A stretch of 62,984 nt of DNA, filler included, from Asterionella formosa (lineage: Eukaryota), in the NCBI GenBank assembly GCA_002256025.1. It is 5 parts of 5 records of this genome, joined end to end, with 100 filler letters (N's around TTAATTAATTAA, not from the genome) between each part and the next. Parts side by side here need not be neighbours in the genome. Positions count along the whole stretch, not along the records: positions 28,713 to 57,316 come from NKIB01001179.1; 4 more parts are not named here. The stretch is one strand, 5' to 3'. Positions 34,211 through 45,849 of this stretch are shown piece after piece. The position numbers were made by a program, and so were the translations under genes. How positions within the stretch are numbered: position 1 is the stretch's first letter; every line of letters starts with the position of its first letter. The notes beneath the pieces are model-generated. The model saw only the letters and a program-made list of their open reading frames with translations. It was not told the DNA's origin and made no database searches.

Positions 34211-37200
34211 ATGGCATGCACTGATGATACAAGCGTCGTTACAATCGCTCAGTACCTTTCTACATTTCAGAGTTACTATCAAGGTCGTGATGGGCCGCTA
34301 GGCCACTCGATATCCAAGCAAGATATTTTCGACGCCTTTGACTTTCGTGAGCTTGTTTTGAACCATCAGAATTTACAAGAGCAGTACAATTGCTTAGAGC
34401 ATTTAAATCCGAAAGAAGATGAACAATGGAAGAATACAATTCGGAATATTGAAATTCAGCTTGCTGGCATTCCCTCTGGAATCAAGGCTGTTCATCGCAT
34501 GCTCCTTCGATTGGAGGTCTGGTCGACAAAGGCTCTTGTTAAACATGTTTTGCTAGATTCGAAGGACGAATGTTTGACTTTGTTAAATATACCTGATGCT
34601 TCGTATTTTCAACGTATCCTTCCACCTCCCGCCACTGACCCCTGGAAGATGTCAGAAAATCCACAAGAAACAGTTGCGAAACTAGCACTTGCTCCCAACA
34701 CCTGGACCTGCGAGGAATATCTTCGGCTTTTGCCAATGATGATGGCGCCAACGAATTTGCTGTTACAGCTATGGGTCCGAGCTCAGCGAAACACGAGTGC
34801 ACGTTTAGTTTTGGACAGTTGTTTTGTGTTGACATTGGAACCCCCTCAAGAGCGGATGCGTGTGACTGCGGGGGCGAGAAGTGGGAAAGTAATTTTACAG
34901 AACATGGACATCAATGAAACTCCTCGCTATGTAGCGCGTTACGTGAAGAATGAGATCCAATATGACTACGAAGAACACGCCAGGCTGGTGAATGAAATGG
35001 TGGAATGGGCTGTCACAAATCAAGTGTTGTTTACTCGTTCTTATATTCGGACTGTGATTTATCAGGGGGACATGCACTTTGGAAGAAATTTGCCTTCGCA
35101 CGAAGACTCTGACATGGATGAGTCGATCGATTTGGAAGTGTCGTCAGTGGAATCGGCCTCAACTAACAAGCGAGCGTCGGTTGAAAACATTTCCCCACCA
35201 TTGAAACGGAATCGACGAGACGATGACGATTGCGAAGATTCTGACCTGATGGAGCATTGCCAACGGTTGGTATTGCGGTGGTTTGCCCGGCGTAACCGGA
35301 AGCAGACGTCTGTCATTTTTACAACCCTTGTAGACATAAATCCTTGGCCTATATACCGTGACTTGGTGAAATCACTATACCCCGTTTGTACCCCTCAGAT
35401 CAAGGCGAAAATGGAGGGCTACGAGACTGGAAGAATGGATCGAACTTTTAGCCGCCTAGAACGACGGTGCAACGTGTTAAATTTTAAGGAATCCGTATGC
35501 CGAGTCCTGAATGCCCTGGAGGAATCCCTCATTGATGTAGACTGCGATTTAACTCAGCCTGAGGTCAGGACGACCATACAAGACTTTGAACATATGTGTG
35601 CACTATTTCTCGATGGTAAAACTGCAATGGAGTCTGCTCATAGCCTTCTTTCTCTTGATTCTTCTGCACACAACGTTGATGAAATCAAGTCCATGCTGAG
35701 TTGGGTACCCTCGCCGTGGTTAGATCGTTGTTCCAGATGCCAAGGAGCTTTTGAATACGGAGCTACTTGGCTTAAATGTTGCGACAATTGCGATCGTAAT
35801 TTCCACCGCAAATGTGATACTAAGCTCAAAACGAACAACGTCATACATTTAGCAGAACTGTTCAAGCCCTTGGCACAGGTTTATTCTGTTCGAATTCCTG
35901 AAAAAAATCCCATCCCCGATTTCAGCGGTCGAATCAAATGGACAAGAATAGAAATTCCTATAGTTAGGAAAAGACAGAAGGATGGGACTTATGCAAAAAT
36001 GGGATTGGCATTGATGGCAACAAGGAAAGCCCAAGAGTATTTTTCTTTGTTGGAGTCAGGTATGCTATATTCTACATTTATGCTAAATTGGAAAACGAAT
36101 TTCTTGGCATTCAGGCTTGATCAAATTGGATTTGTTGTCGTGACTATTGCAAATTCTTCCGATGGATCAGGGATGGAATACACCGGCATGGCCATGGGAA
36201 TAAGCAAAAACGATGTCATTGTTGCAGCCAGGCTCGATGGTATCCTCTTTGACTTTTCAGCTTTGAGTTGCGATGACTGCATCTCACTTCTGTTGAAGTG
36301 TTCACGAGGATCGAATCCCTCGGATCGACTTTTCATTCAACGTCCGGACAGTCAAGTAAATATTATTGATAATGCACGTATTTGGCTGCAAAGAGTCGCG
36401 AAAGCTTCGCAGTTCTTGAACAGTGCTATGAATGTGGAAAACCGACTTAGTGTATGCGCATCGTGCTCCGCTGACGCCGTTTCCAAATCGATTGGGGAAC
36501 AGGCAAGGAGGTGCAAGGCTGTTATCCGTCGGCTAGGACTCGAGTCATACTCGGTGCCCTTCCACAATGAGTCGTTTGATGAATCATTTGACGATCGTAA
36601 ACATGTCAGTTTCCGTAGACTCGATCGAATGATGGAATCTATCCTTGAAAAGTATTGTAATGAGTCTGAACACGAAGTAGTTGCAAAGGAGTGTACAAAT
36701 CTTGTGGCACCATTTCTGTGTCCGACTTTTTGCTCCACCAAGGAAGGAGAAACTTGCATCGAGCAGAAAAGATTAAGTTGGGCGCCAGAATGCCTCGAAA
36801 AACAACCACTCGCCCTCCTTTGTAAGGGGATGAGCATACTTCTCGCACCACCTTGGGTTTTCGATTCGAAGGAAAATAACGATGAATCAGATCCGCTCCT
36901 GAAGGAAAGGACGGCGCTTTCAACCCACTTCCTCCATTTATTTTGTACATGGTGCCTTAGCGGTGGAACTGACGCCGCCCTCTTGTCGACTTCAGGACCA
37001 CCTGTGGGAGCTTTTTTTGCAAGACAACCATGGTTAGTAGAGACCTGTTGTATTTGCATTGTTCGGCCAATTTCCGAATTTTTCATCGATGGTACTAGAG
37101 GTGTGTGCGACAACTTTGCATGCAGGAGACTGTGTCACCCTGGCAGTTTTCATAACAAAATTTGCCCGAATCAATCGTCTGTATTTGGTACCGAAACTGT

Positions 37201-40200
37201 TGATATGGATGAGTCTGAAGGTGGTAAGGTGAAACTTCCGGTTAACGATTGCGCGCTCCAATGCTACGATGAACTTGCCTCTCTAGTTGGGAAATGTATC
37301 TTAATTCTTCCAGAAGACGGCGCACTAGTAGCTGTGGCAAAGGAGTTGAATTTGAACATTGACCATGGAGGTCCACCGACACCGTTTGTTGTGTTTTCCT
37401 ATTTGCCACGGCAATTAGGAGGCTTTTTCGATGAAGCTTCATACGATGAGGACGGGATCTTTTACCTAAACCCAATTACATCGAGGAAGCAACTAACATA
37501 TTTGGGTGAAAGATTCAAGATGCAGTCGCCTCCAGATTCTGATTTGAAGGAATCCCTGTTTTCTTGGATGAAGTTGGACGTACTTTCTGAGCTGGGAGTA
37601 TTGAGGTTGAAACCATCAGAGTTATGGCGAAGGTTGGCCGCCACGCATTCCATGAGAGAGTCTATCGACCGTAGTGTAGCGGCTCTTTGTAGCGAAGCCA
37701 ACTCTTTAGGAGAAAAGTTTACGCTCGGCGGAGGAATCCTTCCTGTAGAATTCGGAAAATCTGTTTCGTGTGAAGTGGACATGGCGGGTCCACCTGGTCG
37801 GGTAATGAATATTGAATGTTTTTCCAGGCGCAAGCACTTTGATGATCATCGTCGTCCACACTTTAGGAGCGTTGTGATGGCAAAAGGAATTTGCTCAAGA
37901 TACACGCGACTGCTTGATGGTCTGTTCAGTTGCAATGTTGATGTACTTAGTGATATCTCAAGGTCCCTGAGCGACATGGTGGATGGCGACAACAGTTATG
38001 TCTCATCAGACGATGAAATTGATTTTGAGATGATTGATGTAGAAGACCAAAAACTACCACAGCAGCTAACTAGAGATATCGGAGACCTTCCTGGTGAGCA
38101 AGGGGAACCAGCAACAAATAAGGTTATTGACAAAGGAGAAGAAGAGGACAAAGAAGAATGGTTCAGTCCTCTGGAAGTGCTCAACGTTGAACAAGATGAA
38201 CCAACAGTTCTTGCTCACCCGCTATTTTTGTTCAATCGGAAAAGCCCCTCAAACCAAGCTCAGCAAGTGGAACGAATAGATCTTGCTCCCCTACTCGATG
38301 CGGGACTCTCCGATCGACGCAGCGCTTCAAGCCAAGCTGAACAAGTGGAACCAATAGATCTTTCTCCTCCACTCGTTGTGGAAATTTCAGATCGTCATTG
38401 CACATTAAGCCAAGCTGAACAAGTGGAACCAAGAGATCTTGCTCCTCCACTCGTTGTGGAAATTTCAGATCGTCATTGCACATTAAGCCAAGCTGAACCA
38501 GTGGAACCAATAGATCTTGCTCCTCCACTCATTGTGGAATTTTCTGATCGAAAAGGCCCTTCACGTCAAGCTGCACAAGAGGAGCCGATGAAATTTGCTC
38601 CACCACTTGCAATGGAATTTCCCGATCATGAAATCCCTAATAGCCCAGTCGAGCAACAGGAATCAAAATCTCTCCCAGTTGCCGTTGAATTGTCCGATCG
38701 AAAAAGACCTACATGCCAAGCCAAACAAGTGGAACCAATAGGACTTGCTCCCCCACTTACTGCGGAATTTTCCGATCGAAACAGCTTTGCGTGCACTTGG
38801 TCACCTTCTCGAGTGCAAAATGCAGTTCATCCTGAATCAGTGAACTCTCGACGACACCTGAAGAATCTTGTCATTTTCGAGGATCCAAAATTTTCCGTGA
38901 TGCCGACCGGCCATGTCGGAACTAGTGAAATCCTGTGCTTACCTCACCCGGCCCATACTTTCGAGGGTAGCAATAGCCAAGTGAATCCATCACGATTTTT
39001 AATATTTAGCGATTTGTATTCGCCATGTCCTGAAGGTATCATCCTTACAAAGGTCGAGACCGCTGTTCTGATCTACGCATTAAACGCTGGCCTCCCAAAG
39101 CTATCGATTCGTTTATTGCACCCTCGATATAGCTGGTCAATGGCTAGGGACTTGTGTGTTGGAATTCAACGAGCTGATACCTCATTATTACCGAGGATCC
39201 AAAAGGAATTTTGGGACATACTAATGGGTCTAGACTTTGCGAGATCGAAAAATGAAACAGGTAAAATTATCGCTTTTGATGGTGAATTTCGTTATCGGTG
39301 TCCCACCGTTCCACTTCCACTTGACAGGCACTTTGAGGATTTTTTGCGAGGCTCCCAATTCAGAGCATCTTTGAACAAACCCTTTAATAATATGATCCCA
39401 AGTCATTCATTTTGGAGGGACAATGATAGCATTGAGCGGATTCGTGGCGGAAGTCACACTGTTGCCGACGAAGAATCTGAGAATGGAGAGCCACCCGAAA
39501 TCCTAAATAGTTTGCCAACGACCGTATGGAAGAATCAAGCCGTTTATTGTGAGGTTGATGTGGGAGACAATGAAGAAGCCATAATACTGGGATTTGTTGA
39601 CGATTACGATGAGACAACGGTCAAAGTCGCTGTCGCCCACGTGTCCACTTTAGGTATGCTTCGCGACACTCACTTCGAGTTTTTACCATCCTCGTTGCTG
39701 CAACTGGTTAGAAATGGTTCAAAGCACGCGTCGTTGCTTATTGAATGGGGCAATACATACGACGAAACAGGGAAATATTTATTGTTGAGTGGTATCAATC
39801 TTGCCCAACCAGATATTGGCACTGGCAACGGTTTTGTATCGCAAGAACGGGGAATCTCAGATAGGAAGCCAGCAATTCCTAGCAGTAGCAATGATAATTC
39901 AGTGATAGAGGCTGCGTGGGCATTAGTGAGGAAACTAAGCCAAAAATCGAAAAGATTCTGCCAAATCGGTCGAGTCCCGGATGGGCGTGCTGTTTTCTGG
40001 ACAGCAGCAGATCCAGGTGCACTTTACATCCGATGGGAAGATAGAAGGCAAGCTGAAAGCTTACAGAATCTTAAATGGTTGCAAGAGCAGTATTTGGAGC
40101 AGCTTCGAAAGGTGACAGATGATCAACTGAAAGGGCGCCTTCGGTTCCCTACGCCCAATCAACCTTTTGCTTGCCCATGGGGCTGCTATTGTCGAACTGC

Positions 40201-41290
40201 TGACAACGGCGCGCACATGCAAGCTATGTCATTTTCCTCGATGGATGAGCTTGTGTTTCATATTGGAGCTTGCCATGAGTACAGCGATGGGGAAAACATA
40301 AAATGCAGAGATATTGGAGCGCTAAAGCGCATAGGGACGGGAGAGTCCATTAGGATGGTTGCTGCAAGCATCGCCACCTCCATTTGCGCAAGAAATCATT
40401 CATTGCTCGTGTACACCATAGAACGCGAGCACACAAATGATCCTATAATTTGCTCTGATGATCCCGATTTGATCATGTTTGATTATGCTAAGTTTCTTGA
40501 CTTCTCGAAAGAAGGCAGAGGCTGCGTCGCAAACGAGGTTCATGACAGGCTGCAAAATGACGCAGATACTCTACAACTTTGTCGCCTGTACTCTAGAATT
40601 GCGCGACTTTGGGATATCCAGATTGATGGTCGCTATTGGTTGTGTGCCAACGAGAACTCGCGTTGTTCGCGCCTGTCAAGGCTTGGCGAGAGGGTTCACC
40701 AAGCAGATTTGCGCAGTGATTGCTATTTGCGTTCGCCCCAATCAACTGGACAATTTAATTGCAGTGTTTGCAGTCAACTTGACGAGAGAGGTCCTGCTGG
40801 GAAGGACCGATATAAATCGCTGGGTTGTCTGGCCTTTTCTGAAGTTTACTTCCCAACTAATGCACCTATTGAAAATATGTTAAGGGGGAGCGGCCTTACC
40901 ACCAAAGTGAAATTCTTGCTGATCAATCTCGCTTCACAAATCCCCGAGTCGCTCAGACGTGAACGGACAGATACATGTAAACCGAGAGAGGATATTTGGG
41001 AGGTGACAGAACATCAAACGTGGTACCAGCATGTCACGCGATTTAATAGACTCAATTCGGCATTACAAGCCAGTGTTGTCCTAATGTATTCTATTGATAA
41101 GCAAAAAATGCCACTCTGGTGGAAGGAGGCACGAGGAGGGTGGGCTTCGTCACACGCACTTATGAGTTTGCCCTCTTTTTCAAGTCTTGCACTCTTCCTG
41201 TACGTCTTTGACGCTGCGGTCTGTGAATATAATGGAAAGTTAGCCAATACAATCCCTCGTCAAAGCGTGAGAATGGCGACTGTTGAGTAG
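34211..41290 (+). CDS. Giant chromatin-associated protein (~2360 aa): PHD-like finger, PDZ-like region, internal repeats, WHIM2/WHIM3-like C-terminus
   Basis: 7-kb uninterrupted ORF. CSRC...CCDNCDRNFHRKC zinc ligands. RFCQIGRVPDGRAVFW is WHIM2-like. LLINLASQIP...WW...SSLALFLYVFDAAV resembles the C-terminal WHIM3-type domain of DDT/MBD9-like proteins. Confidence 0.85.
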   Translation: MACTDDTSVVTIAQYLSTFQSYYQGRDGPLGHSISKQDIFDAFDFRELVLNHQNLQEQYNCLEHLNPKEDEQWKNTIRNIEIQLAGIPSGIKAVHRMLLRLEVWSTKALVKHVLLDSKDECLTLLNIPDASYFQRILPPPATDPWKMSENPQETVAKLALAPNTWTCEEYLRLLPMMMAPTNLLLQLWVRAQRNTSARLVLDSCFVLTLEPPQERMRVTAGARSGKVILQNMDINETPRYVARYVKNEIQYDYEEHARLVNEMVEWAVTNQVLFTRSYIRTVIYQGDMHFGRNLPSHEDSDMDESIDLEVSSVESASTNKRASVENISPPLKRNRRDDDDCEDSDLMEHCQRLVLRWFARRNRKQTSVIFTTLVDINPWPIYRDLVKSLYPVCTPQIKAKMEGYETGRMDRTFSRLERRCNVLNFKESVCRVLNALEESLIDVDCDLTQPEVRTTIQDFEHMCALFLDGKTAMESAHSLLSLDSSAHNVDEIKSMLSWVPSPWLDRCSRCQGAFEYGATWLKCCDNCDRNFHRKCDTKLKTNNVIHLAELFKPLAQVYSVRIPEKNPIPDFSGRIKWTRIEIPIVRKRQKDGTYAKMGLALMATRKAQEYFSLLESGMLYSTFMLNWKTNFLAFRLDQIGFVVVTIANSSDGSGMEYTGMAMGISKNDVIVAARLDGILFDFSALSCDDCISLLLKCSRGSNPSDRLFIQRPDSQVNIIDNARIWLQRVAKASQFLNSAMNVENRLSVCASCSADAVSKSIGEQARRCKAVIRRLGLESYSVPFHNESFDESFDDRKHVSFRRLDRMMESILEKYCNESEHEVVAKECTNLVAPFLCPTFCSTKEGETCIEQKRLSWAPECLEKQPLALLCKGMSILLAPPWVFDSKENNDESDPLLKERTALSTHFLHLFCTWCLSGGTDAALLSTSGPPVGAFFARQPWLVETCCICIVRPISEFFIDGTRGVCDNFACRRLCHPGSFHNKICPNQSSVFGTETVDMDESEGGKVKLPVNDCALQCYDELASLVGKCILILPEDGALVAVAKELNLNIDHGGPPTPFVVFSYLPRQLGGFFDEASYDEDGIFYLNPITSRKQLTYLGERFKMQSPPDSDLKESLFSWMKLDVLSELGVLRLKPSELWRRLAATHSMRESIDRSVAALCSEANSLGEKFTLGGGILPVEFGKSVSCEVDMAGPPGRVMNIECFSRRKHFDDHRRPHFRSVVMAKGICSRYTRLLDGLFSCNVDVLSDISRSLSDMVDGDNSYVSSDDEIDFEMIDVEDQKLPQQLTRDIGDLPGEQGEPATNKVIDKGEEEDKEEWFSPLEVLNVEQDEPTVLAHPLFLFNRKSPSNQAQQVERIDLAPLLDAGLSDRRSASSQAEQVEPIDLSPPLVVEISDRHCTLSQAEQVEPRDLAPPLVVEISDRHCTLSQAEPVEPIDLAPPLIVEFSDRKGPSRQAAQEEPMKFAPPLAMEFPDHEIPNSPVEQQESKSLPVAVELSDRKRPTCQAKQVEPIGLAPPLTAEFSDRNSFACTWSPSRVQNAVHPESVNSRRHLKNLVIFEDPKFSVMPTGHVGTSEILCLPHPAHTFEGSNSQVNPSRFLIFSDLYSPCPEGIILTKVETAVLIYALNAGLPKLSIRLLHPRYSWSMARDLCVGIQRADTSLLPRIQKEFWDILMGLDFARSKNETGKIIAFDGEFRYRCPTVPLPLDRHFEDFLRGSQFRASLNKPFNNMIPSHSFWRDNDSIERIRGGSHTVADEESENGEPPEILNSLPTTVWKNQAVYCEVDVGDNEEAIILGFVDDYDETTVKVAVAHVSTLGMLRDTHFEFLPSSLLQLVRNGSKHASLLIEWGNTYDETGKYLLLSGINLAQPDIGTGNGFVSQERGISDRKPAIPSSSNDNSVIEAAWALVRKLSQKSKRFCQIGRVPDGRAVFWTAADPGALYIRWEDRRQAESLQNLKWLQEQYLEQLRKVTDDQLKGRLRFPTPNQPFACPWGCYCRTADNGAHMQAMSFSSMDELVFHIGACHEYSDGENIKCRDIGALKRIGTGESIRMVAASIATSICARNHSLLVYTIEREHTNDPIICSDDPDLIMFDYAKFLDFSKEGRGCVANEVHDRLQNDADTLQLCRLYSRIARLWDIQIDGRYWLCANENSRCSRLSRLGERVHQADLRSDCYLRSPQSTGQFNCSVCSQLDERGPAGKDRYKSLGCLAFSEVYFPTNAPIENMLRGSGLTTKVKFLLINLASQIPESLRRERTDTCKPREDIWEVTEHQTWYQHVTRFNRLNSALQASVVLMYSIDKQKMPLWWKEARGGWASSHALMSLPSFSSLALFLYVFDAAVCEYNGKLANTIPRQSVRMATVE
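38250..38780 (+). repeat. Intragenic 78-nt (26-aa) tandem repeat, ~7 copies
   Basis: SQAEQVEPIDLAPPLVVEISDRHCTL units. CAAGCTGAAC recurs at 38333 and 38411. Confidence 0.9.
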
Positions 41291-41801
41291 AGTTCAGCTG
41301 TGCCCCTGCCTCCATCTTAAAGTGTTCGATTTCCATACTATTATTCTGCGAATTTCGCGATTATGAAAAGTGTGCACATAGCGTTGACCGTTTAAAATTA
41401 CTGCTTTAGTATGTGGTACATGATTATTTACTGAACTGGACGAAGCGCCACGGAACTTAATTTACTAATATGTATGGTTATTGAATTGAAATCTTTTGCT
41501 CTTGCAAGGGCCTGAAATAAGTATGGTTGCAGCATACTGTAATCTCTCCCCACGTACACGCCGAAGCTTCCATCCCTTTCATTTTACTATAATCTACTAT
41601 TAATCGATTTTTGCCTGAAAAGCACTTCCGAACGCCGCGGCGATGTGGGAAGGTGAGTACTCTACTCAACCTTATTGGGTGAACAAGACATGTTCGAATT
41701 CATATTTATCGATTACATAGAGGAGGGGAGGGGGTTAAATTGCTGGTTCATGCGCCGTGATACCTCCCTGATTGTAGCACTAGATCTCGGGATTAGCTCG
41801 A

Positions 41802-44698
41802 CTATGAGATTTCGCCCTCGTCGCCTTTCTTCTCGATTTTCTCGTCCTTTTTCTCCCCTTTGTCGTCTTTCTTTTCCATCATCCGATCCATATCTGCGTC
41901 ACGACCCTCTTCTCCCAGTTTGACGAGCTTATTGGTGTCTATCCATTTGATAAACTCCGCGACGGTGAAAAATCCGTCTTTGTTCTCATCCTTGAGAAAA
42001 AAGTGTTAGCAAGCACCAGGAGAAAAAAACTGTCGGTGTCCAAAGGTCCACTTACCATTTCAGAGGCAATATCCATAGCCTCTTCAAAGCTCAAATCACG
42101 CTTGATAACAACCTGAAGTGCTTCAGCCATTTCTTCCCTTGTTAAAATTCCGTCCATATCTTTATCCAATTTGTGGAGCTTGTCACCAATCTTAATTTGT
42201 ACATCAGTGAGCTGCGTCTCAATCTTGTCAACCATGGATGCAACCCTTGACTTCAATCTCGCAATTGCCAAATCTAGCTTTGCATCACCGCTGCTTTCTT
42301 CCGCTTCAGCTTCCTTGTCAGCATCAGTCATGTCAACATGAAGCACTGTGCCTTCAAGTGAAGTTGATGTTGATTTCTGGGAAACATCTTCCAGGACAGC
42401 ATCCATTTGTGAAATGGTTTTTGCAACAAGCTTGTCAGCATCATCAGCAGTCATGGGTTCAGGTGAAACTTCGCTCTCTGTAATCTCTGGACGCTGACCT
42501 GCCTCGGTGGTAATGACTGTCTCGCCCTCGGGTACTGCTATTTCTACTTCGGGCTTGTTCTTGGACTTCATGGCAGCCTTGATTCGTTCAAGTTCTTGTC
42601 TCTCCTTTGTAACAGGATCAGGATTGATCAGTTGGGAAAGTGCATCCATTTCCTGAGTTGACAGGGCGGTGTCGTGATCATCCTCGACCTCGCCTTCACT
42701 GATCGATTTCTCTGCTCCCCCTATAGACGCAATTTGCTCTGGTGCGATAACATCCGGAGCCTTGGCAGGGGAGCCCAGAACATCCAGGCCTTTTTTGGTC
42801 TCAACCGCTTCCACAGACTGAGATGCAACTTGCACACTGTCCTCCGCCACTTCGATGGGTTTTTCTTTCTCGCTCTCTCCCTCTTTCTTCTTGGCGGCAC
42901 CGGCTCTTTCTTTCTGTTCTTCCAAGATTCGTTCATTTTGAGATTCAAGAACCTCCAACTTGATTCTCCGCACACTTGGATCGCTTTTCTTCTCTTCCGA
43001 TGTCGCAATCTCCAGTACGACCTCGTTAACAACGGCCTTGTCCAAACCTGAGATGGCATCCACCAATCCAGATAGGCTCTTGCTGCCATCGTCGTCGGAG
43101 GGGACACGGGCAAACATTTCTTCCCGCAAGAAAAAGGTTCGGCTCATGATCAACAAGGAAATGGGAACATTTTTGTTGACAGACAAGTCCAACCACTGTT
43201 GTAGTGCCTTTTTGTAGGCATCCTTACTCAACCCTGTGGATCTCATGCCGCGTTCTTGACAAGCTTCGCGAAGCTCCATCTTGGTCAACGAATTGATGCC
43301 CTCCCACAGGATGCGCTGGTCATCTTCCTTGAGTGTTCTTATACGATGGCGGAGTTGAAACCGAAGGATCGAATCAGCTCCGTACGGTGGAATGGACATG
43401 TATTTGCACATGTTGATAAGCTGCATGCGAGGCATGTTATCCAAGGTCAAGTCATCTTGAAAAAGATTGGCGTAATGGATAATAACGTCAGGTGGAATCA
43501 TTTCCCCGCTTCGGGCCTTCTCCAAAAACTCGAGCATGGAAGCTGCGGATTGTTCCTTAACTTCTTGGGTAACTAAGGATTCTCCATCCTCGTTCTCTGA
43601 TTCTTTAATAGCTTGCTTTCTGCTCTCTGCTTTTTTCTTTTGCTCTTTTGCCAAGTCTTGCAACGTTCTGTGTGAATAATTGGAAAGACGTAAGGAAAGA
43701 AGTGTGAAAATGACGCAAGTAGCTTGTTGGAAATGACAATGCAATACTTACTCTTGAAAGAACTGGGCCATTGCGATTCTAGATTGAAGCTCTGCTTTCA
43801 TATTCTCTTCAGCTTTGAGAGAGTCCTGAAAGGTGCTTGGTAACATGTTAGGAAAGAGGCGGAGGGCTAGTGGAAGCGCAAATTCCATGAAGGGAATCAA
43901 GATAAACATGCTGAATGGCACCAATCTAAACAGGTCCGACACGGTTCTAAGAAGTTGCTTGCGTTCTCGTCTCGTCAAGGCCGAACCTTGGAGAATGCGA
44001 GCCAGCATTTTATATGCCGTTTGTACATCAGCATACAGCAACTTGCTCCCCATCCAGTAGTGATGCGCTTCTTTCTTGGCCGCCTCCCACAGTCCCTGTA
44101 GGGTCTGACGGAATTCTTTGGGGTGGGTAAGATAAAACCAAGTAGTACCTGGTATCTGCCACAAAAATTTCCCGATGGCCTTGCTTGCGGCTTTGATGGC
44201 TTCCTGCACTTGTTGTGGGATGCCCTTGGATGGCGGTGCGCTCGTGAGTGCCTTCGGAATGGTCGTCTTTTTGGTTTCGGTCGAGAAATGCATCCGGCGG
44301 TCGTTCGTTCGAGCCAATCCTCCCAACAATGTCGAATTGAACTGTGCCGTCACGTAATGCCGGGCATATGCTGGGTGCACCGAATAGCGCCCAATTGGGA
44401 AGGACTGCCCACGGTAGGGGGGAGCAACCGAGACGATGGACAAGACATTGCTGCTGCTTCCATGAGGACGGACAGTACCAGCTTTGAAACAGCCACGAGC
44501 ATGCGCAGATGGATCAAGCGTATGCTGTGGGGGGTAGTTCTGGTTCGATGGGGATTCTTCTTCGGGAAGCGAAGCGTACGAGCAAAGGGCCTTTGTGAGT
44601 TCAGTCGTCGATGAGAAAGCGGATGGAAGAGCTCTATGCGAATAGCGACGCCTGGCCGCAGTGAGCGATCGTTGCGCGATACTACGAGAAGCCAACAT
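41802..44698 (-). CDS. LETM1: LETM1/Mdm38 mitochondrial inner-membrane protein with EF-hands; exons 44698-43752, 43667-42056, 41990-41802
   Basis: Mitochondrial presequence. HHYWMGSKLL, LTRRERKQLLRT..DLFRLVPF, LFPNMLPSTF, LTLDN..R.QL, ELREACQERGM. EF-hands DKDMDGILTREE and DENKDGFFTVAE. GT-AG introns at 43751-43668 and 42055-41991 restore the frame. Confidence 0.95.
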
Positions 44699-44919
44699 GG
44701 TTGTATTGTTTTTGTTCCTAAATAGCCAATGAGAATCGTCGTTCCGATGCAACAATGATGCTGCTAGTGAAGTGCAAAGCCACAATATACACCAGTATTT
44801 GTAGATTGAAACTATTCAACAAGATGTGAGCAGTTGGAGGCTCCTATTTCATATACTATTAATGATCACCGTGTATCATGTGCTTGTGGCAATGTTGTTA
44901 TAAAACACCGTACATGTGG

Positions 44920-45120
44920 TGCCTGGACTACTGGTAACCTGGTACCAGGTACTGGTAAACTCACTGTTGCCGTCATCACGGGACTTCTCTAGTACCAGGT
45001 ACCTGGTACATAGACCATCGCGGTTTTGATACAGTACCGGTACCTGGTTCCTGCAATAGGTACTGCTACATACTATAAATGAGGTTGGTACCAGTAGCAT
45101 TCCGGTAGACTAATATGCCG
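44920..45120. repeat. (GGTACCW)n array upstream of LETM1
   Basis: CCTGGTACCAGGTAC, GTACCAGGTACCTGGTAC, TACCGGTACCTGG. Confidence 0.85.
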
Positions 45121-45849
45121 GCCAAAGTGCATTTCGTCGTATCGGAATGTGAGGTGGACTCTACCTGGTATCTGTATAACGAACGCACAGCACATGATGA
45201 ATCATGTGTTGATGATACAGTACATTTATGAGTAGGGTTCTCTTCCCACATCGACGTCATGCAACCATCGACTGTACATATCTGCCAACCTGTTGTAGCA
45301 GGTACAATAATGTACGTATACTCCAACCACAATCAATTGTTCTTGTCGGAGTTGAGAGGAGTAGGAAGCTGTTACGTAATGCAGGTGCACGAAGAAGGGA
45401 CTTGACCTTGATCGAATGAGTCACAGTCCATTCATCCCGGCAGTCACGACTCAATATTTAGTATCAGTTAACATACAGCTAGCAAAAAATGTTGAATATC
45501 CAACAAGGAATATTTAATGATTCATGCCTAGAATCATGACCTGCCTGCCTGTTGCTAAAGCAAGACATTTAGTGCAATTACCGAGCAGCAGAGATTCCGC
45601 TGGTGGTAGTGCACCAACGAAGGTTTCTGGGTTTCCTAGCGGGGATACTAAGCAAAACAGCGTCATCACCATGACAAAAACTACATCGCCAGGATTTGGT
45701 CGCGAGGATACCAGCACCACAAACAAGGCATACAAGAACGAGATGCTACAACAAGAAACAACAGCAGATTTAGATTTTGTGTTGATTATCAAGGTTGGAC
45801 GAGAAAAAACATCAAGCGAAATGTCATTATGTACCGGAAGACAGGATGT

